Shown: positions 40,708 through 51,800 of the stretch, one piece after another
Layout: every line of letters starts with the position of its first letter
Numbering within the stretch: the first letter of the stretch is position 1
NCBI GenBank assembly: GCA_963847515.1
Contig: CAWKAA010000007.1
Location: forward strand, 968,952 to 1,032,951
Direction of reading: 5' to 3'
Length of the DNA stretch: 64,000 nt
From: Terriglobia bacterium
GTDB lineage: Bacteria; Acidobacteriota; Terriglobia; Bryobacterales; Bryobacteraceae
Notes under the pieces: model-generated
The model's database searches: none
Told to the model about the DNA's origin: nothing
What the model saw: the letters and a program-made list of their open reading frames with translations, nothing else
Position numbers and translations under genes: made by a program

Positions 40708-42106
40708 TCAGTCGTGGCGCAGGACCTCCATGGGATCGATTCCCAGCACTTTCATCGCTGGGACGAAACACGCTGCCATCCCCACTACGGCTAACATCGC
40801 GGCGACCGCAGTAAACGTCATCGGGTCGGTCGGACTCAACTGATATAGAATGCCGACAAGTACGCGGGTCAACCCGGCCGCTGCCACGCCTCCAACGACC
40901 AACCCCGCCATGGTAAGTCGAGCTCCTTGGCAGAGCAGCAGTAGCATCGTGTCCACCGCCTTGGCGCCGAGCGCAACCCGGATCGCAATCTCTCGTGCTC
41001 GACTGCTGGCTGCGTATGACATCACGCCATAGATGCCAGTCAGGGCCAGCAAGAGCGCCAGGACAGCGAACAAGCCAACCATTTGGAGTGCGAAACGTTG
41101 CGTCGCGACGGCTGCTGCCACCAGGTCCTCCATGGGGCGAATGTCCTGGATGCTGAGATCGTTACCCATCTGCCGGGCCACTTGGCGCGCTGCCGCGATC
41201 AGCGTGGCAGCATCCGCAGTCGCGCGCAACACAACATAGTTGCCGAAGCTGGGGTTCTGCAAAAAGGGCTGATAGAACGTCGCCTCCGTTCGTGCGTCCG
41301 TCGGACTATCCTTCACGTCCCCAACCACGCCCACGATCGTCATCGTGGTGTCGACAATGTTTAGGTCGCTAAACAAGTTGATGCGATGTCCCAGGCTGTC
41401 TTTCGCCGTGGGCCAATTCTGTAGTGCGAGAGTCTTATGGATTAATAGAACCATGGGCGCGTCAAAATGGTCCGATATCGTGAGCCAGCGGCCTGCGAGC
41501 AGCGGAACACCGATTGCTTTCAGATAGTCAGGCGAAACAAACACATAATGCGCGTGCATGCTAAGGTTTGCTGGCCTAGGCCGGCCTTCAATGCCGAACA
41601 ACGCGTTGTCATTGGCGCCAGTCCATGGAAGATTCGACCCCGCTCCGGTCGCGGTCACCCCAGGTATTTGAGCCAGGTTCTCCACGAAGTGTTCGTAAAA
41701 CGCCGTATCTCCTGGCGCCTGTCAGCTTGGGATACGAGAGGGCCGTGCTCATAGTCAGGGCGCCCTGCGGACGGAAGCCGGGATCTACCCGGCCGATTGC
41801 TGCAAAACTGCGCAATAACAATCCCGCGCCAATGAGCAACGCGAACGAGAGGGCGACTTCCGCGATCACGAATATTCCACGCGGCCGGACCGTCACTTGC
41901 CGCACTTGCGTCGACGCCGCCAAAGCCCCCGCTAGTCCGAACAGAAGGCCGGCTAGTAACGATGTGCCCGCCGTCAGCAGGACTACATGCGCATCGAGGC
42001 TGATCGATTGGAGACGCGGCACCTGTTCAGGGCCGAGAGCTACCAGCGTACGCACACCCCAATTAGCGAAGAGTAGTCCCAGCGTGCCTCCGATGGTCGC
42101 AAGCAT
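40708..42106 (-). pseudogene. ADOP-type FtsX/MacB-like permease, 5'-truncated and frameshifted
   Basis: C-terminal MacB_PCD + FtsX region (GIYGVMSYAASSRAREIAIRVALGA...SPTDP) at 40708-41685. Middle FtsX TM segment in another frame at 41609-42106. The N-terminal ~350 aa expected for ADOP proteins is absent. Confidence 0.65.
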
Positions 42107-42540
42107 TGGCGCGCGAGGCGTTTATGTCGCAGATTGCCCTGACACCCGGTTCGGAGTACCTATTCCCGAGCCCGAAACCGGCGGGGAAGAAGCCACACAT
42201 TACCAACCTGCGGAAGGTGTGGGCGGACACTCTACGCCGGGCGGGTATTCCGTATTTTTCCCTGTACGACCCACGGCACACGTTTGCCTCGAGGCTTAGC
42301 GCTGGAGGTGTGGCGGATCATTTCGTGACGCAGATGCTTCGCCAAGGGGATTCGGGGGTATTCAAGCGATACAGCCAAGCCAAACTCAACATGATGCGGG
42401 AGGCGCTCGCCAGACTGGACCGGCGAGCGAACGAGCCACGAAGGGAGTTTTGGCACAGGAAAGGCGAACTAGCCGATTTTCAGCACGGTTTTGACACAGA
42501 AGTAGCAGTAGAGGCGGCTATGGAAAAGGCGAAATGTTGA
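42106..42540 (+). pseudogene. Tyrosine recombinase/phage integrase, C-terminal catalytic fragment only
   Basis: LYDPRHTFASRLSAGGV (H-x-x-R box) and VFKRYSQ (catalytic Tyr) are present. The N-terminal core-binding domain and Arg box I are absent. Abuts the tRNA-Val 3' end. Confidence 0.7.
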
Positions 42541-42556
42541 ACCTAAACAACTTGGT

Positions 42557-42633
42557 TGGTGGGCGGTCGCGGGCTCGAACCGCGGACCTTCTGCTTGTAA
42601 GGCAGACGCTCTAACCAACTGAGCTAACCGCCC
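42557..42633 (-). tRNA. tRNA-Val (anticodon TAC)
   Basis: Reverse complement GGGCGGTTAGCTCAGTTGGTTAGAGCGTCTGCCTTACAAGCAGAAGGTCCGCGGTTCGAGCCCGCGACCGCCCACCA. Perfect cloverleaf, encoded CCA. Confidence 0.9.
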
Positions 42634-42793
42634 AAACGTGTCGATTGATTATAAAACACTTCCCAAAGAGCCTTCGCCTCTAAACTCTGTTCTTTTGAGC
42701 CAACTGTTGCAAAACTGTGTCAAAACCTCTCGGTTAGCGTCGGTGTGAGGCCGCGCAAGATGAACCGAAGCGTGATAAACAAGAGAATTCAGC

Positions 42794-45499
42794 ATGAGTG
42801 GCAGGAATCTTCTCTGCAATGCGGTGATCGCGCTTTCGTTCCCGGGCCGCATCCTGCTCTTCGCCCAACAGCCTGAACAGGAGCGTGCAATCGAAGAGGC
42901 AACTCGGGCGTTCCAGGAGGGCAAGACCGCAGAAGCAAACCAAAAGCTCCGCCCCGTTCTCGAAGCGAATCCCTCGGATTTGCGCGCCCTCATTCTCATT
43001 GGTGCGGTCCTCGATGCGGAGCAGCGCTACAACGATGCTGAGGTCTATTACCAGCGCGCGCTGAAGATTGCGCCGATTTCGTCTCAAGTGTTGAATAACG
43101 CCGCCAATCACTATCTTTCCAGCGGGGAGCAGAGCCGGGCGCGGGAATTATATTTGAAGGCGGTAGCCCTGGACCCGCAGCACCCGAACGCCAATCTGCA
43201 ACTGGCGCGGATGAGCATAGAGGACAAACGAGGCCGGGCGGCGCTCGGCTACTTGAGCCATCTTGGAAATAGCGATACCAGCAATCCTGTCGTGCTCGAA
43301 TTGCGCGCTCGGGCCCTCAGCCTCACCGGCCAATGTGCGGAAGCCAGTGAAGTTGTCAAACGCCTCGTGGGCCAGGCGGCCGGCGATTGGCGCATTCACT
43401 TTTCTGCCGGAGCAGTTTTCGCCGGCTGCAAACTTTACGATCAGGCGGAGGCCTCGTTCTCTAGCGCTTTGGATGCCGATCCGCGAAACTTTGACATCCT
43501 TTACAACTTGGGGTTGGCGGCATTGCAAGCGGGGCACAATGACCGCGCCACAAGCGTGTTCGAGACCGCGCTCAACGAGCGGCCAGAAGACGTCGATTGC
43601 CTCTATCAACTTTCACACGCATATATGCGGCAGGAGCGAAAAGTCGACGCTGCGGTTCTCCTAGCAAAAGCGGAAAAGCTTGCACCCGAGCGTGCAGACA
43701 TTCTGTTGCTCCTGGCGCAGGTTTCCGCACAGCTCGAGTTCTACCAAGACGCCGCGGCAACTTACGGCCGCTACCTGAAATTGAAGCCCGGAGACGACGT
43801 GGCACGCCGCGAACACGACTTCGCGCTGGCCAGCGATGGCCAGTGCAAGAGTGCATTACCGGGTTTGGCTGCATACGTTCAAAAGCATCCCCGTGAACCA
43901 GTTGGATTCTACGAACTGGCGGTGGCGGAGGCGTATGCGGACCGCGGCAAGGCGCTTCAATCTCTGGACCGTGCGCTCGCGCTCGATCCAGGGTTGGCCC
44001 AAGCTCGGTATACTCGCGCCCTGCTCAACATCGAAGATGGAAAGCCGGCTGCGTCCGTGGATGACCTGCGATTCTTGCTGGAGCGGGAGCCCGGCAATTA
44101 TCACTTTCTTATCCGCTTGGGCCAGGCATACCTGGCACTCGATCGCGCTAACGACGCTGCCCTAGTCTTGAAGCGGGCTTTGGATGTGGCTCCGGAGGCT
44201 ACATCGGCGCTTGCGGTTTATCTCAAAGCGCTCCAGGAGCTCGGGCGTCACCAGGAAGCCGCCGCCATTCAATCTCGTCTGACACAATCGAGGACGCCTG
44301 CTGAAGCACCGAGACATCGGGCGGGGCTCATTGATTACCTCAGCCTGCCTCCGGCCGAGCAGCACTCCCGGTACCTCGCCAACTTACGAAAGAGCGTTGC
44401 TGCTGACCCCGGCGATTTTCGGTGGCGGATCCGGCTAGGACGTGAATTGTTGGCTGATGGAAAGAGCGCTGAGGCGCTGGAGATTTTTCGCGAAATCAAG
44501 GCAGCCACTTCCGATCCCGATGTGCTCAGGCGCTGCGGCGAGGCTCTATTGCAATTCGACTACTATGAGCCCGCGCGCCAATATCTGGAATCGGCTATCG
44601 CGGCGGCTCCCTCTCTGAGTGAGATCCGGCTCGACTTGGCAACGGCCGTCTTTCATCTTGAGGGCGCAGGAACAGCACTCGAGGAACTGGAAAAGATCCC
44701 GGAGATAGACCGCCGTGGCGACTATTACCTGCTTCGGGCGCAAGTGCTGGATTCCCTGGGCAAGGTTCAAGAGGCTGCGGATGCCCTGAACCGTGGCATG
44801 CAGGCAGCGCCTACAAGAGCCAGCCTCTATTTTCAAGCCGCCTCCTTTCTACTAAAACATCAATTGCGCCAGGAGGCGATGGCGTTGCTCGAACAGGCCA
44901 ACCGCATCATTCCCGATTCACGGGAGTTGTTGCTGGCCCATTGGGTCACGCTAACTTTGGCCCATCGCGATATCGATGCCAGGAAGTTGCTGGAGAGAAT
45001 TCAGGCGCGCTGGCCGGAGTGGGATCGCCCCTATTTGTTAAACGGAATTCTTTTGGAACTTCAGCTAAAACCCGTGGAGGCGAAGCAGGTTCTCGAGACA
45101 GCGATAGCGTTGGGCGCCAACACACCCGAAGCCTACTACTATCAGGCCCTGGCCATAACCCAATCGGCTCCGGACGATCGGGAGGGCGCGGAGCGCGCAA
45201 TCGCACGCGCGCTGGCGCTGACGGCAAAAGATCCATACATCTACCTGCTGGCGGGTAAAATCTCGCTATCGCAAAAGGATTACCCCGCCGCAATCCGGCA
45301 TCTGCTTGATGCTACGCATATTCAGCCTTCGTTAATTCCGGCCCGCTATGCACTCCGAACCGCATATCACGCCGTGGGCGACGAACAGAAGGCCGAAGCC
45401 GAGTTGGAGGAAATCAAACGAATAGGGGAGAAGACCGCCGGAGAACAGAATCCGGCATCCATGGAGGACTTTCTCTTCACCGTGCGACCGCCCATGTGA
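42794..45499 (+). CDS. Tetratricopeptide repeat (TPR) protein, 901 aa, secreted/periplasmic
   Basis: N-terminal hydrophobic segment. More than 15 TPR-like repeats (A..Y..AL..DP pattern) throughout. Confidence 0.8.
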   Translation: MSGRNLLCNAVIALSFPGRILLFAQQPEQERAIEEATRAFQEGKTAEANQKLRPVLEANPSDLRALILIGAVLDAEQRYNDAEVYYQRALKIAPISSQVLNNAANHYLSSGEQSRARELYLKAVALDPQHPNANLQLARMSIEDKRGRAALGYLSHLGNSDTSNPVVLELRARALSLTGQCAEASEVVKRLVGQAAGDWRIHFSAGAVFAGCKLYDQAEASFSSALDADPRNFDILYNLGLAALQAGHNDRATSVFETALNERPEDVDCLYQLSHAYMRQERKVDAAVLLAKAEKLAPERADILLLLAQVSAQLEFYQDAAATYGRYLKLKPGDDVARREHDFALASDGQCKSALPGLAAYVQKHPREPVGFYELAVAEAYADRGKALQSLDRALALDPGLAQARYTRALLNIEDGKPAASVDDLRFLLEREPGNYHFLIRLGQAYLALDRANDAALVLKRALDVAPEATSALAVYLKALQELGRHQEAAAIQSRLTQSRTPAEAPRHRAGLIDYLSLPPAEQHSRYLANLRKSVAADPGDFRWRIRLGRELLADGKSAEALEIFREIKAATSDPDVLRRCGEALLQFDYYEPARQYLESAIAAAPSLSEIRLDLATAVFHLEGAGTALEELEKIPEIDRRGDYYLLRAQVLDSLGKVQEAADALNRGMQAAPTRASLYFQAASFLLKHQLRQEAMALLEQANRIIPDSRELLLAHWVTLTLAHRDIDARKLLERIQARWPEWDRPYLLNGILLELQLKPVEAKQVLETAIALGANTPEAYYYQALAITQSAPDDREGAERAIARALALTAKDPYIYLLAGKISLSQKDYPAAIRHLLDATHIQPSLIPARYALRTAYHAVGDEQKAEAELEEIKRIGEKTAGEQNPASMEDFLFTVRPPM

Positions 45500-45521
45500 G
45501 ACTCACCGGACGGCACGCGCG

Positions 45522-45947
45522 TCAAGGCAAACTAGCGATATCCACCAGTACTCGTAACGACGATATCCGCCAGCCTGCTCCTTCCTTTTTCATTACAAAC
45601 AGCACTGGAATCCGCCGTGCCAGGATCGTGGAACCGAAGTGCGTGTTCGCGGCATCCACCAATGCCACGTCTGGAGTGACGAATCGCACGGATTGGATCA
45701 CAAGGCGAGGAGCGGTGACCTCGGACCAAGGCTCTTTAGAACGCTCGAGCAGCCAGCGATCCAAACTCGCCAGACGATTCAGTTCGTTTTCCGCATCAGC
45801 CGTGAACAGAACGGGGAGGGGTTTCTCACCCGCGTTTTGGCCGGCGTCCAGCGATCCAATCACGTGCTCAATGGCCGCACGATCGGCGGCTCCCTCAGCC
45901 CAAGCGTAGGCGGTGGATAGCAGCAAGGTACAAATGACCGCTTTCAT
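45522..45947 (-). CDS. Small secreted NTF2-like (SnoaL/DUF4440-like) protein
   Basis: Signal peptide MKAVICTLLLSTAYAWA. About 120-aa mature protein with NTF2-fold-like pattern. Confidence 0.45.
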   Translation of the reverse strand: MKAVICTLLLSTAYAWAEGAADRAAIEHVIGSLDAGQNAGEKPLPVLFTADAENELNRLASLDRWLLERSKEPWSEVTAPRLVIQSVRFVTPDVALVDAANTHFGSTILARRIPVLFVMKKEGAGWRISSLRVLVDIASLP

Positions 45948-46141
45948 ACCTTTCACAATAGAACAGTGTAGGGCAAAAATCTTTTCCATTCCGGTATAAA
46001 ATCCGGTGGTCAATCGTCTTTAGTAGAAAGACATAAGGGGGGCGTCATCCGCCGCACTCTGAACGGCGAGGACCGGTGTGGGATGGAAGTTCCTTATTTC
46101 CAGCGCGTGCGACGTCGGCTAGCTGAGCTTTCAGGATAGCA

Positions 46142-46711
46142 ATGGAAGAGAGCTACGCGGCTTCCGAGGGACTACCGCTGGACGCTGAACTCTCGTTCAG
46201 CATCCGGAATAGCTCCGCCCTCAAGCAAAGAGTGACCAAGGTCTTCGAGCTATTGCGCGACCCGGTATACCGCTACCTCTTCAGGGTTCTCGAAAACCCG
46301 CATGAAGCCGAAGATCTGACCCAAGAGGTGTTCTTGCGTCTTTACATCTACCTGCACAAAGGCCACACGCTGACCAACATTCGGGCGTGGGTGTTTCGTG
46401 TAGCGCACAACCTGGCAATCGACCAGCATCGAAAGAAGATCCAGTTTGAGCCAATGGACCCGGCCGGGTGGGATGAATCTTGCGATCCAGCTCCAGGCGC
46501 CGAGCAGCGGGTGCTCGATGAGGAGCAGCACCGGAAATTGCGCCACGCGCTAAATTCGCTCTCGATTCACGAGAAGCTTTGTCTCGAACTGAGGGCGGAG
46601 GGCCTGTCCTACAGGGAAATTGCGGGCGTCTTGGACATGCGGATGCCCACGCTAGTCAAATACCTGGGCCGCATTGTGAAGAAGTTGGTCAAAGAGACGA
46701 CCTATGATTAG
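46142..46711 (+). CDS. RNA polymerase sigma-70 factor, ECF subfamily
   Basis: Region 2 EDLTQEVFLRLY...AWVFRVAHNLAIDQHRK. Region 4 LSYREIAGVLDMRMPTLVKYLGRIVKKL. Confidence 0.9.
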   Translation: MEESYAASEGLPLDAELSFSIRNSSALKQRVTKVFELLRDPVYRYLFRVLENPHEAEDLTQEVFLRLYIYLHKGHTLTNIRAWVFRVAHNLAIDQHRKKIQFEPMDPAGWDESCDPAPGAEQRVLDEEQHRKLRHALNSLSIHEKLCLELRAEGLSYREIAGVLDMRMPTLVKYLGRIVKKLVKETTYD

Positions 46712-48692
46712 TTTCTGGCGCGACCAGTTGTTCCATCAGACCTGGCACCCGTCGTTTGAAGAGCTGATGCTTCACCTAGACGGTGAACTAGGCGCCAAGA
46801 AAGACCGGGTTGGGTCCCACGCGAAGAATTGCTGGTCCTGCAGACTGCGGCTGGAAAAGATCGAGCGCGCGATCACGGAATTCATGGAAGCCCGCCATGC
46901 TTCGTTTGGGGGCCGGCCGGAGTTCCCTGCCCGCGCCTTGCCGGGATTTGCAGAAAAACTGGACCGGTTGGAGGCGGACTGCGGCGTTCCCAGCCTTTTC
47001 TCCGATGTGATCCGCGAATACGCGCAGGGCCTGTTTGCTCGACGAGTTCCCGCACGGGTGACGCTCTTGCTGGCATCGCTGGGCCTCATCGCCGCGATCT
47101 TCTGGCTGAACATGACGCAGCCCGTGTCGGCCAAAGAGGTTTTGTTCCGGGTACGGGAAGCCGAGGCCCGGCAGATGGGGCAAGTGCTCGAACCGGTGAT
47201 TTACGAGAAGCTTGAGCTGCGCCGAAGTTCCCAGCGCCATCGCGAAACGGTTAGCTGGGAAATCTGGAATGACACCAAAAACAAGCGCCTGCGGCGGCTC
47301 GTGAGTGCGGCGCCAACGTCTGTCGCTCCGGTTCTCGAGGATTACGGAGAGGTGTTCCGGAGTCACCAGGCCGATCTCGGCCGGCCCCTGTCTCCCGCCA
47401 ATTATGAACTGTGGCGGAGTTCAATAACGCACGAGTCGGAGGAGGTGTTCGAAGGCAGTCTTCCCAATGGCGACCGGGCCACGATCCTCAAGGTATCCGG
47501 ACAAGGACCTTTTCCACCAGACGCAATCGTCGGCGCCGAATTTACGGTGCGGGCAGCAGACTGGCACCCCGTGGGACAACGGCTTCTGGTTCAGAAGCAG
47601 CACGAAGTTGTGGACTATTGGCTGGGAGAAATCGCATTCGACGTGATGGCTCTCCATGCGGTGCCTTCCTCGATCTTTGCCAATCCCGCTCCAGTTCCCA
47701 TGCGGATTTCGCGCGCACCCTTCCGGCGGCTCATGCCAGTTCCGGTCCACGTCGAGATGTGGCCCTCCGAAGCCGATCTGTTGCCGACCGAAGCCGACTT
47801 GACCTCCGCGGAAGTCGAAGCGCAATACGCGCTCCATAGCCTGCGCGCGTGCATGGGAAGGCCGATAGCAGTACGCGTAGGTCTCGGCCGGATTGAAGTC
47901 GAGGGCGTAGTGGATGGTGAAGATCGCAAAGCTGAGGTATTGCTTGCGTTGCGTGGAATCCCGCTTGTAGCCGCCGGCATTCGCAGTGTAGCCGAAGCGC
48001 CAGAGAACCCGGTTGGCGAAGGAGTCCCGGCGGCTCTCGGCCAGCAGGCGGACGCCGACACCCCAAAGCCGAAGCTGGCGATTGAAGACTGGCTGAAAAA
48101 GTACTTCAGCGCCGGCAAGTGTGCCAGGAGTCAGAGTGAGGGTCAGAGCGCGTGTGTGCAAGAAGAAATTGCCGGACTGTCTCGAGAAGCTCTCGCTCGT
48201 TCTGAAGCGGCCCAGGCTCAGGCTTGGGCATTGCGTCGTCTGGTCGAATGGGAACCTTTCCTCAAGAGGGATGAATTGCGAACTTCAACGCGGCGGCTGC
48301 TGGAATTGATGGTGCGGGAGCACATGGTCGCCTTGCGGAATGAGCTGAAGCAATCGCAGGCGCTGCTCAAGCCGATCCTCTCTTCGCTAATAGGCGGGGA
48401 TTCTTCTGGAAAGGAAAAACAACGGGTCCCGGTGCCGGATCAGCACGGCGAGTCGCTATCTGGTTCCCTTCTACGTTTCTGTGCCGCCGTGGAAGAAGCC
48501 ATGAATCTGACCCTCGGTACGTTTGCTGAAACCAATCGGCCAGTCGATCAGCCCGAGCAGGCCATGAAGGAATTGTCGTCTAAACTCGATGGGCTGAACG
48601 CAGAGTTTCCGGATTTGGAAGCGTATGTCGATGCTGATTTACCGGGTTTCGAGAAGACTGGGGTATCGAGTGAGAGGCGGCAACGGAAGTAA
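46704..48692 (+). CDS. Anti-sigma factor, zinc-finger (zf-HC2-like) N-terminus, single TM, ~500-aa extracytoplasmic domain
   Basis: ATGA overlap with the ECF sigma gene. H..C..C motif HAKNCWSCRLRLEKIERAI. TM VTLLLASLGLIAAIFWL. Not FecR-like. Confidence 0.7.
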   Translation: MISFWRDQLFHQTWHPSFEELMLHLDGELGAKKDRVGSHAKNCWSCRLRLEKIERAITEFMEARHASFGGRPEFPARALPGFAEKLDRLEADCGVPSLFSDVIREYAQGLFARRVPARVTLLLASLGLIAAIFWLNMTQPVSAKEVLFRVREAEARQMGQVLEPVIYEKLELRRSSQRHRETVSWEIWNDTKNKRLRRLVSAAPTSVAPVLEDYGEVFRSHQADLGRPLSPANYELWRSSITHESEEVFEGSLPNGDRATILKVSGQGPFPPDAIVGAEFTVRAADWHPVGQRLLVQKQHEVVDYWLGEIAFDVMALHAVPSSIFANPAPVPMRISRAPFRRLMPVPVHVEMWPSEADLLPTEADLTSAEVEAQYALHSLRACMGRPIAVRVGLGRIEVEGVVDGEDRKAEVLLALRGIPLVAAGIRSVAEAPENPVGEGVPAALGQQADADTPKPKLAIEDWLKKYFSAGKCARSQSEGQSACVQEEIAGLSREALARSEAAQAQAWALRRLVEWEPFLKRDELRTSTRRLLELMVREHMVALRNELKQSQALLKPILSSLIGGDSSGKEKQRVPVPDQHGESLSGSLLRFCAAVEEAMNLTLGTFAETNRPVDQPEQAMKELSSKLDGLNAEFPDLEAYVDADLPGFEKTGVSSERRQRK

Positions 48693-48840
48693 CCTTCATG
48701 CCCGAATTTGCTTAAAGTGAGCAGTTTTGAGCAGACATTGCTCCAAGAAAGTTTTAGCGTTGCTGGATCGGGGTCGAGGATTGGCATTCCTGGGATATGA
48801 AAGCCGGGCTCTTGTCGTGAAAATGTTAGAGGAGATGAGT

Positions 48841-51800
48841 ATGTCTAGAAAGCACCTCACGGTATGTCTGATTGCCTTTGGGCTCGCTGCCCTGATTCCT
48901 GCCTCAGTCTGGGCGCAGGCCTATAGCAGCTCTTTAACGGGTTTGGTCACAGATGCCTCAGGCGCGGCCGTGGCGGCAGTCCAGGTCAAATTGACGGACG
49001 TCAATAAAGGCTATGACTATACTGCACAGAGTGACGAGTCAGGAAGGTACCTGCTGCGTTCACTCCCACCCGGGACCTACCGTCTTACGGCCACGGCGTC
49101 TGGCTTTAAGGCCTCGGTGCGGGAAGGGATCGTTTTGAACGTGGATGTCAACACGAGTCTCGATGTTCATCTGGAAGTAGGAGAAGCGCAGCAGACGGTG
49201 CAAGTGGTAGGCGAGGCCCCATTGCTGGCCACTCAGGACGCCGTCACAGGCCAGACGTTGAGCCGCAACTTCGTCAACGATCTGCCTTTGTTAGGCCGCA
49301 GCGTACTCGATCTGGCCCGTCTTGCCCCAGGTGTCACCCGCGTTGCCGGCGAAGGTTACGGAACGGGAGACATGAACAATATCGTTGTGAACGGCAGCCG
49401 CAACTCCAATGCGGATGTTCTTGTGGATGGTGTGTCGGCCAATATTATTATTTCGCACGGCGGTGTTCAAGCGACCGTCGAGGCGCCCGTCGTAGATGCG
49501 GTGCAGGAGTTCAAGATTCAGACCAATTTCAGCGCCGATGTTGCCGGCTATAGCGGCAATTCGGTGATTAATCTGATCGTCCGCTCTGGCACCAACCAAT
49601 TCCATGGAGACCTCTGGGAATTCTTTCGCAACGATAAGCTGGCCGCGAACGACTGGTTCAACAATTTGTATGGCTCCCCTCGCTCCATTCTCCGGTACAA
49701 CCAGTTCGGCGGCACCGCTGGCGGACCCATCAAGAAAAACAAGACTTTCTTCTTTTTTGATTACGAGGGTTATCGGATTAAGTCACCGCACACGGCCACC
49801 GTGGGGGTTCCGAGCGCTGCTGAGCGGAAGGGTGACTTTGGTGAAATTTGCGGTCCTGGCTTTGACGCCAACGGAATGTGCAAAGATCCCGCGGGGCAAT
49901 TGTGGGACCCGTACACCGGTGTCTATGATGCCAATAAAGGGGGCGCGGTGCGCTCCGGCTATATCCCCAACAACAATCTAGCCACCTATCAAAGCCCGGG
50001 CAGCCCCAGATTAAACGGGACTGGCTACCAGCTCCCTGCCAGGCCCGGGAACCTCATAGATCCCGTGGCAGCCAACGTCATGCAGAACTACCCGATGCCC
50101 AACATTACTGGCAACCGTTTTGCCAACTTCTTCACCGCTTACTCCGTGCCGGATTCGAGAAACACGTTTGGAATTAAGGTGGACCACTCCTTCAGTGAGA
50201 AAGACAGGTTCAGCGCGAGGTTCACTCGACGGGCCGAGACCCAGACGATTCCCGATGTCTACGGAAACGCCCTCGATCCTTTTAGTCAGGGATTGCAATC
50301 TTACAACGCCTACCAAGGCGTGGTGAACTACACGCACGTTCTGAATCCCAAAACCTTGCTTAACATTTCTCTGGGATACATTGTCAACCCTGTAAAGAGC
50401 GGCGCGGGGGTGCTCAATACGCAGTTTCCGAACTACGACATTTCCAAAGATCTCGGGTTCCCTGAATACATGAAGGTATCGGGGCTTCGGGCCACGCCGG
50501 GAATTACTCTTTCGAACTACGCCAGTGGCGGTCCGAGTATCGGCAATGTGCCCTGGGGGTTTTTCTGGCAAACGCCGGAAACCCATCACTTGCTGGTGAC
50601 TCTAAGCAAGCTGGAAGGCCGGCATGACTTGAAATTCGGTTTCGAAGGCCACCTGCGCCGCGTCAGCTTCCTGCAGCCCAACTCAGCAGCCGGGGTTTTT
50701 GATTTCAGCTACACAGGCACTTCGCAGCTCCCCGCGTCGGGCGGTGGGGACAGCATGGCCAGTCTTCTAATGGGCGTCGGCGACAGCGGGAGTTACGAGG
50801 TCCCGGACAGGCCCGCCACGCAGAGTTTCCAATATGCCGGATTCATCCAGGACAACTTTCGCGCGACCGACAAGCTGACGCTCAATTTGGGTCTCCGCTA
50901 CGATGTCAGCCTGCCGCGCACCGAGCGTTTCAACCACATGAACTATCTCGATCCGAGCGCGGCGTCTCCCCTTCAAGTACCGGGACTTCCCAACCTGAAG
51001 GGTGGCTTGGTGTACGCCGATTCGAGTCATCGAAACGTTACTGGCATCGATTACAAGAATTTCGGTCCGCGCTTCGGTTTTGCCTACACTCTGCGGCCGA
51101 ACTTCGTGGTCCGCGGCGGTTACGGACTCTTTTATGATCCTCCGCGAAACGGCGTTGCTGGAACCGTGGCTTCGGGATTCCAGGGATTTTCGCAGACCAC
51201 AAATCAAATAACCACCTATCAGAACGACCGCGCCACGCCTTGGGGACGGCTTAGTGATCCTTTTCCGGGCACGGGTCCAAATTTGCCCATCTATAACTCC
51301 GAAGGGCTTTTGTCCTTCGTGGGTGATAGCATACAAGGTCCTATCCGCAGTATCCACGCAACCCCCTACGAGCAGACCTGGAACTTTGGACTGCAGCGGC
51401 AGATGCCCGGCAACATTGTTTTGGAAGCCGCTTATGTGGGCATGAAGGGGACTCATCTCTATTACGGCGGTGCTGAACAATTCAATCACCTGCCCGAGAT
51501 AGCGGGCTCTTCGCCCGCGCAAATCACCGCCCTCAACCAGCAGGTAACGAACCCTTTCTTCGGGATTATCAAAACTGGCGCGCTATCGGGTCCGACGGTT
51601 CAGGCCTATCAGCTGCAGCTGCCTTTTCCGCAATTCACCGGTTTTTCTGTCGACTCACTGCCTGTAGCCAACTCGATCTATCATTCCCTGCAGTTGCGTG
51701 CTGAAAAGCGGCTCTCTAAAGGACTCCAATTCCTGGTGACCTATACGTTTTCAAAGTCTATCGATGATTCCTCCGGTCAGGGCTTGACCAGTTGGCTGGC

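Noticed and set aside
46014-46141. ECF-type promoter upstream of the sigma factor gene
   Set aside because: Only weak matches (GGAAGT...CGTC-like) at non-canonical spacing. Cannot be called from sequence alone.
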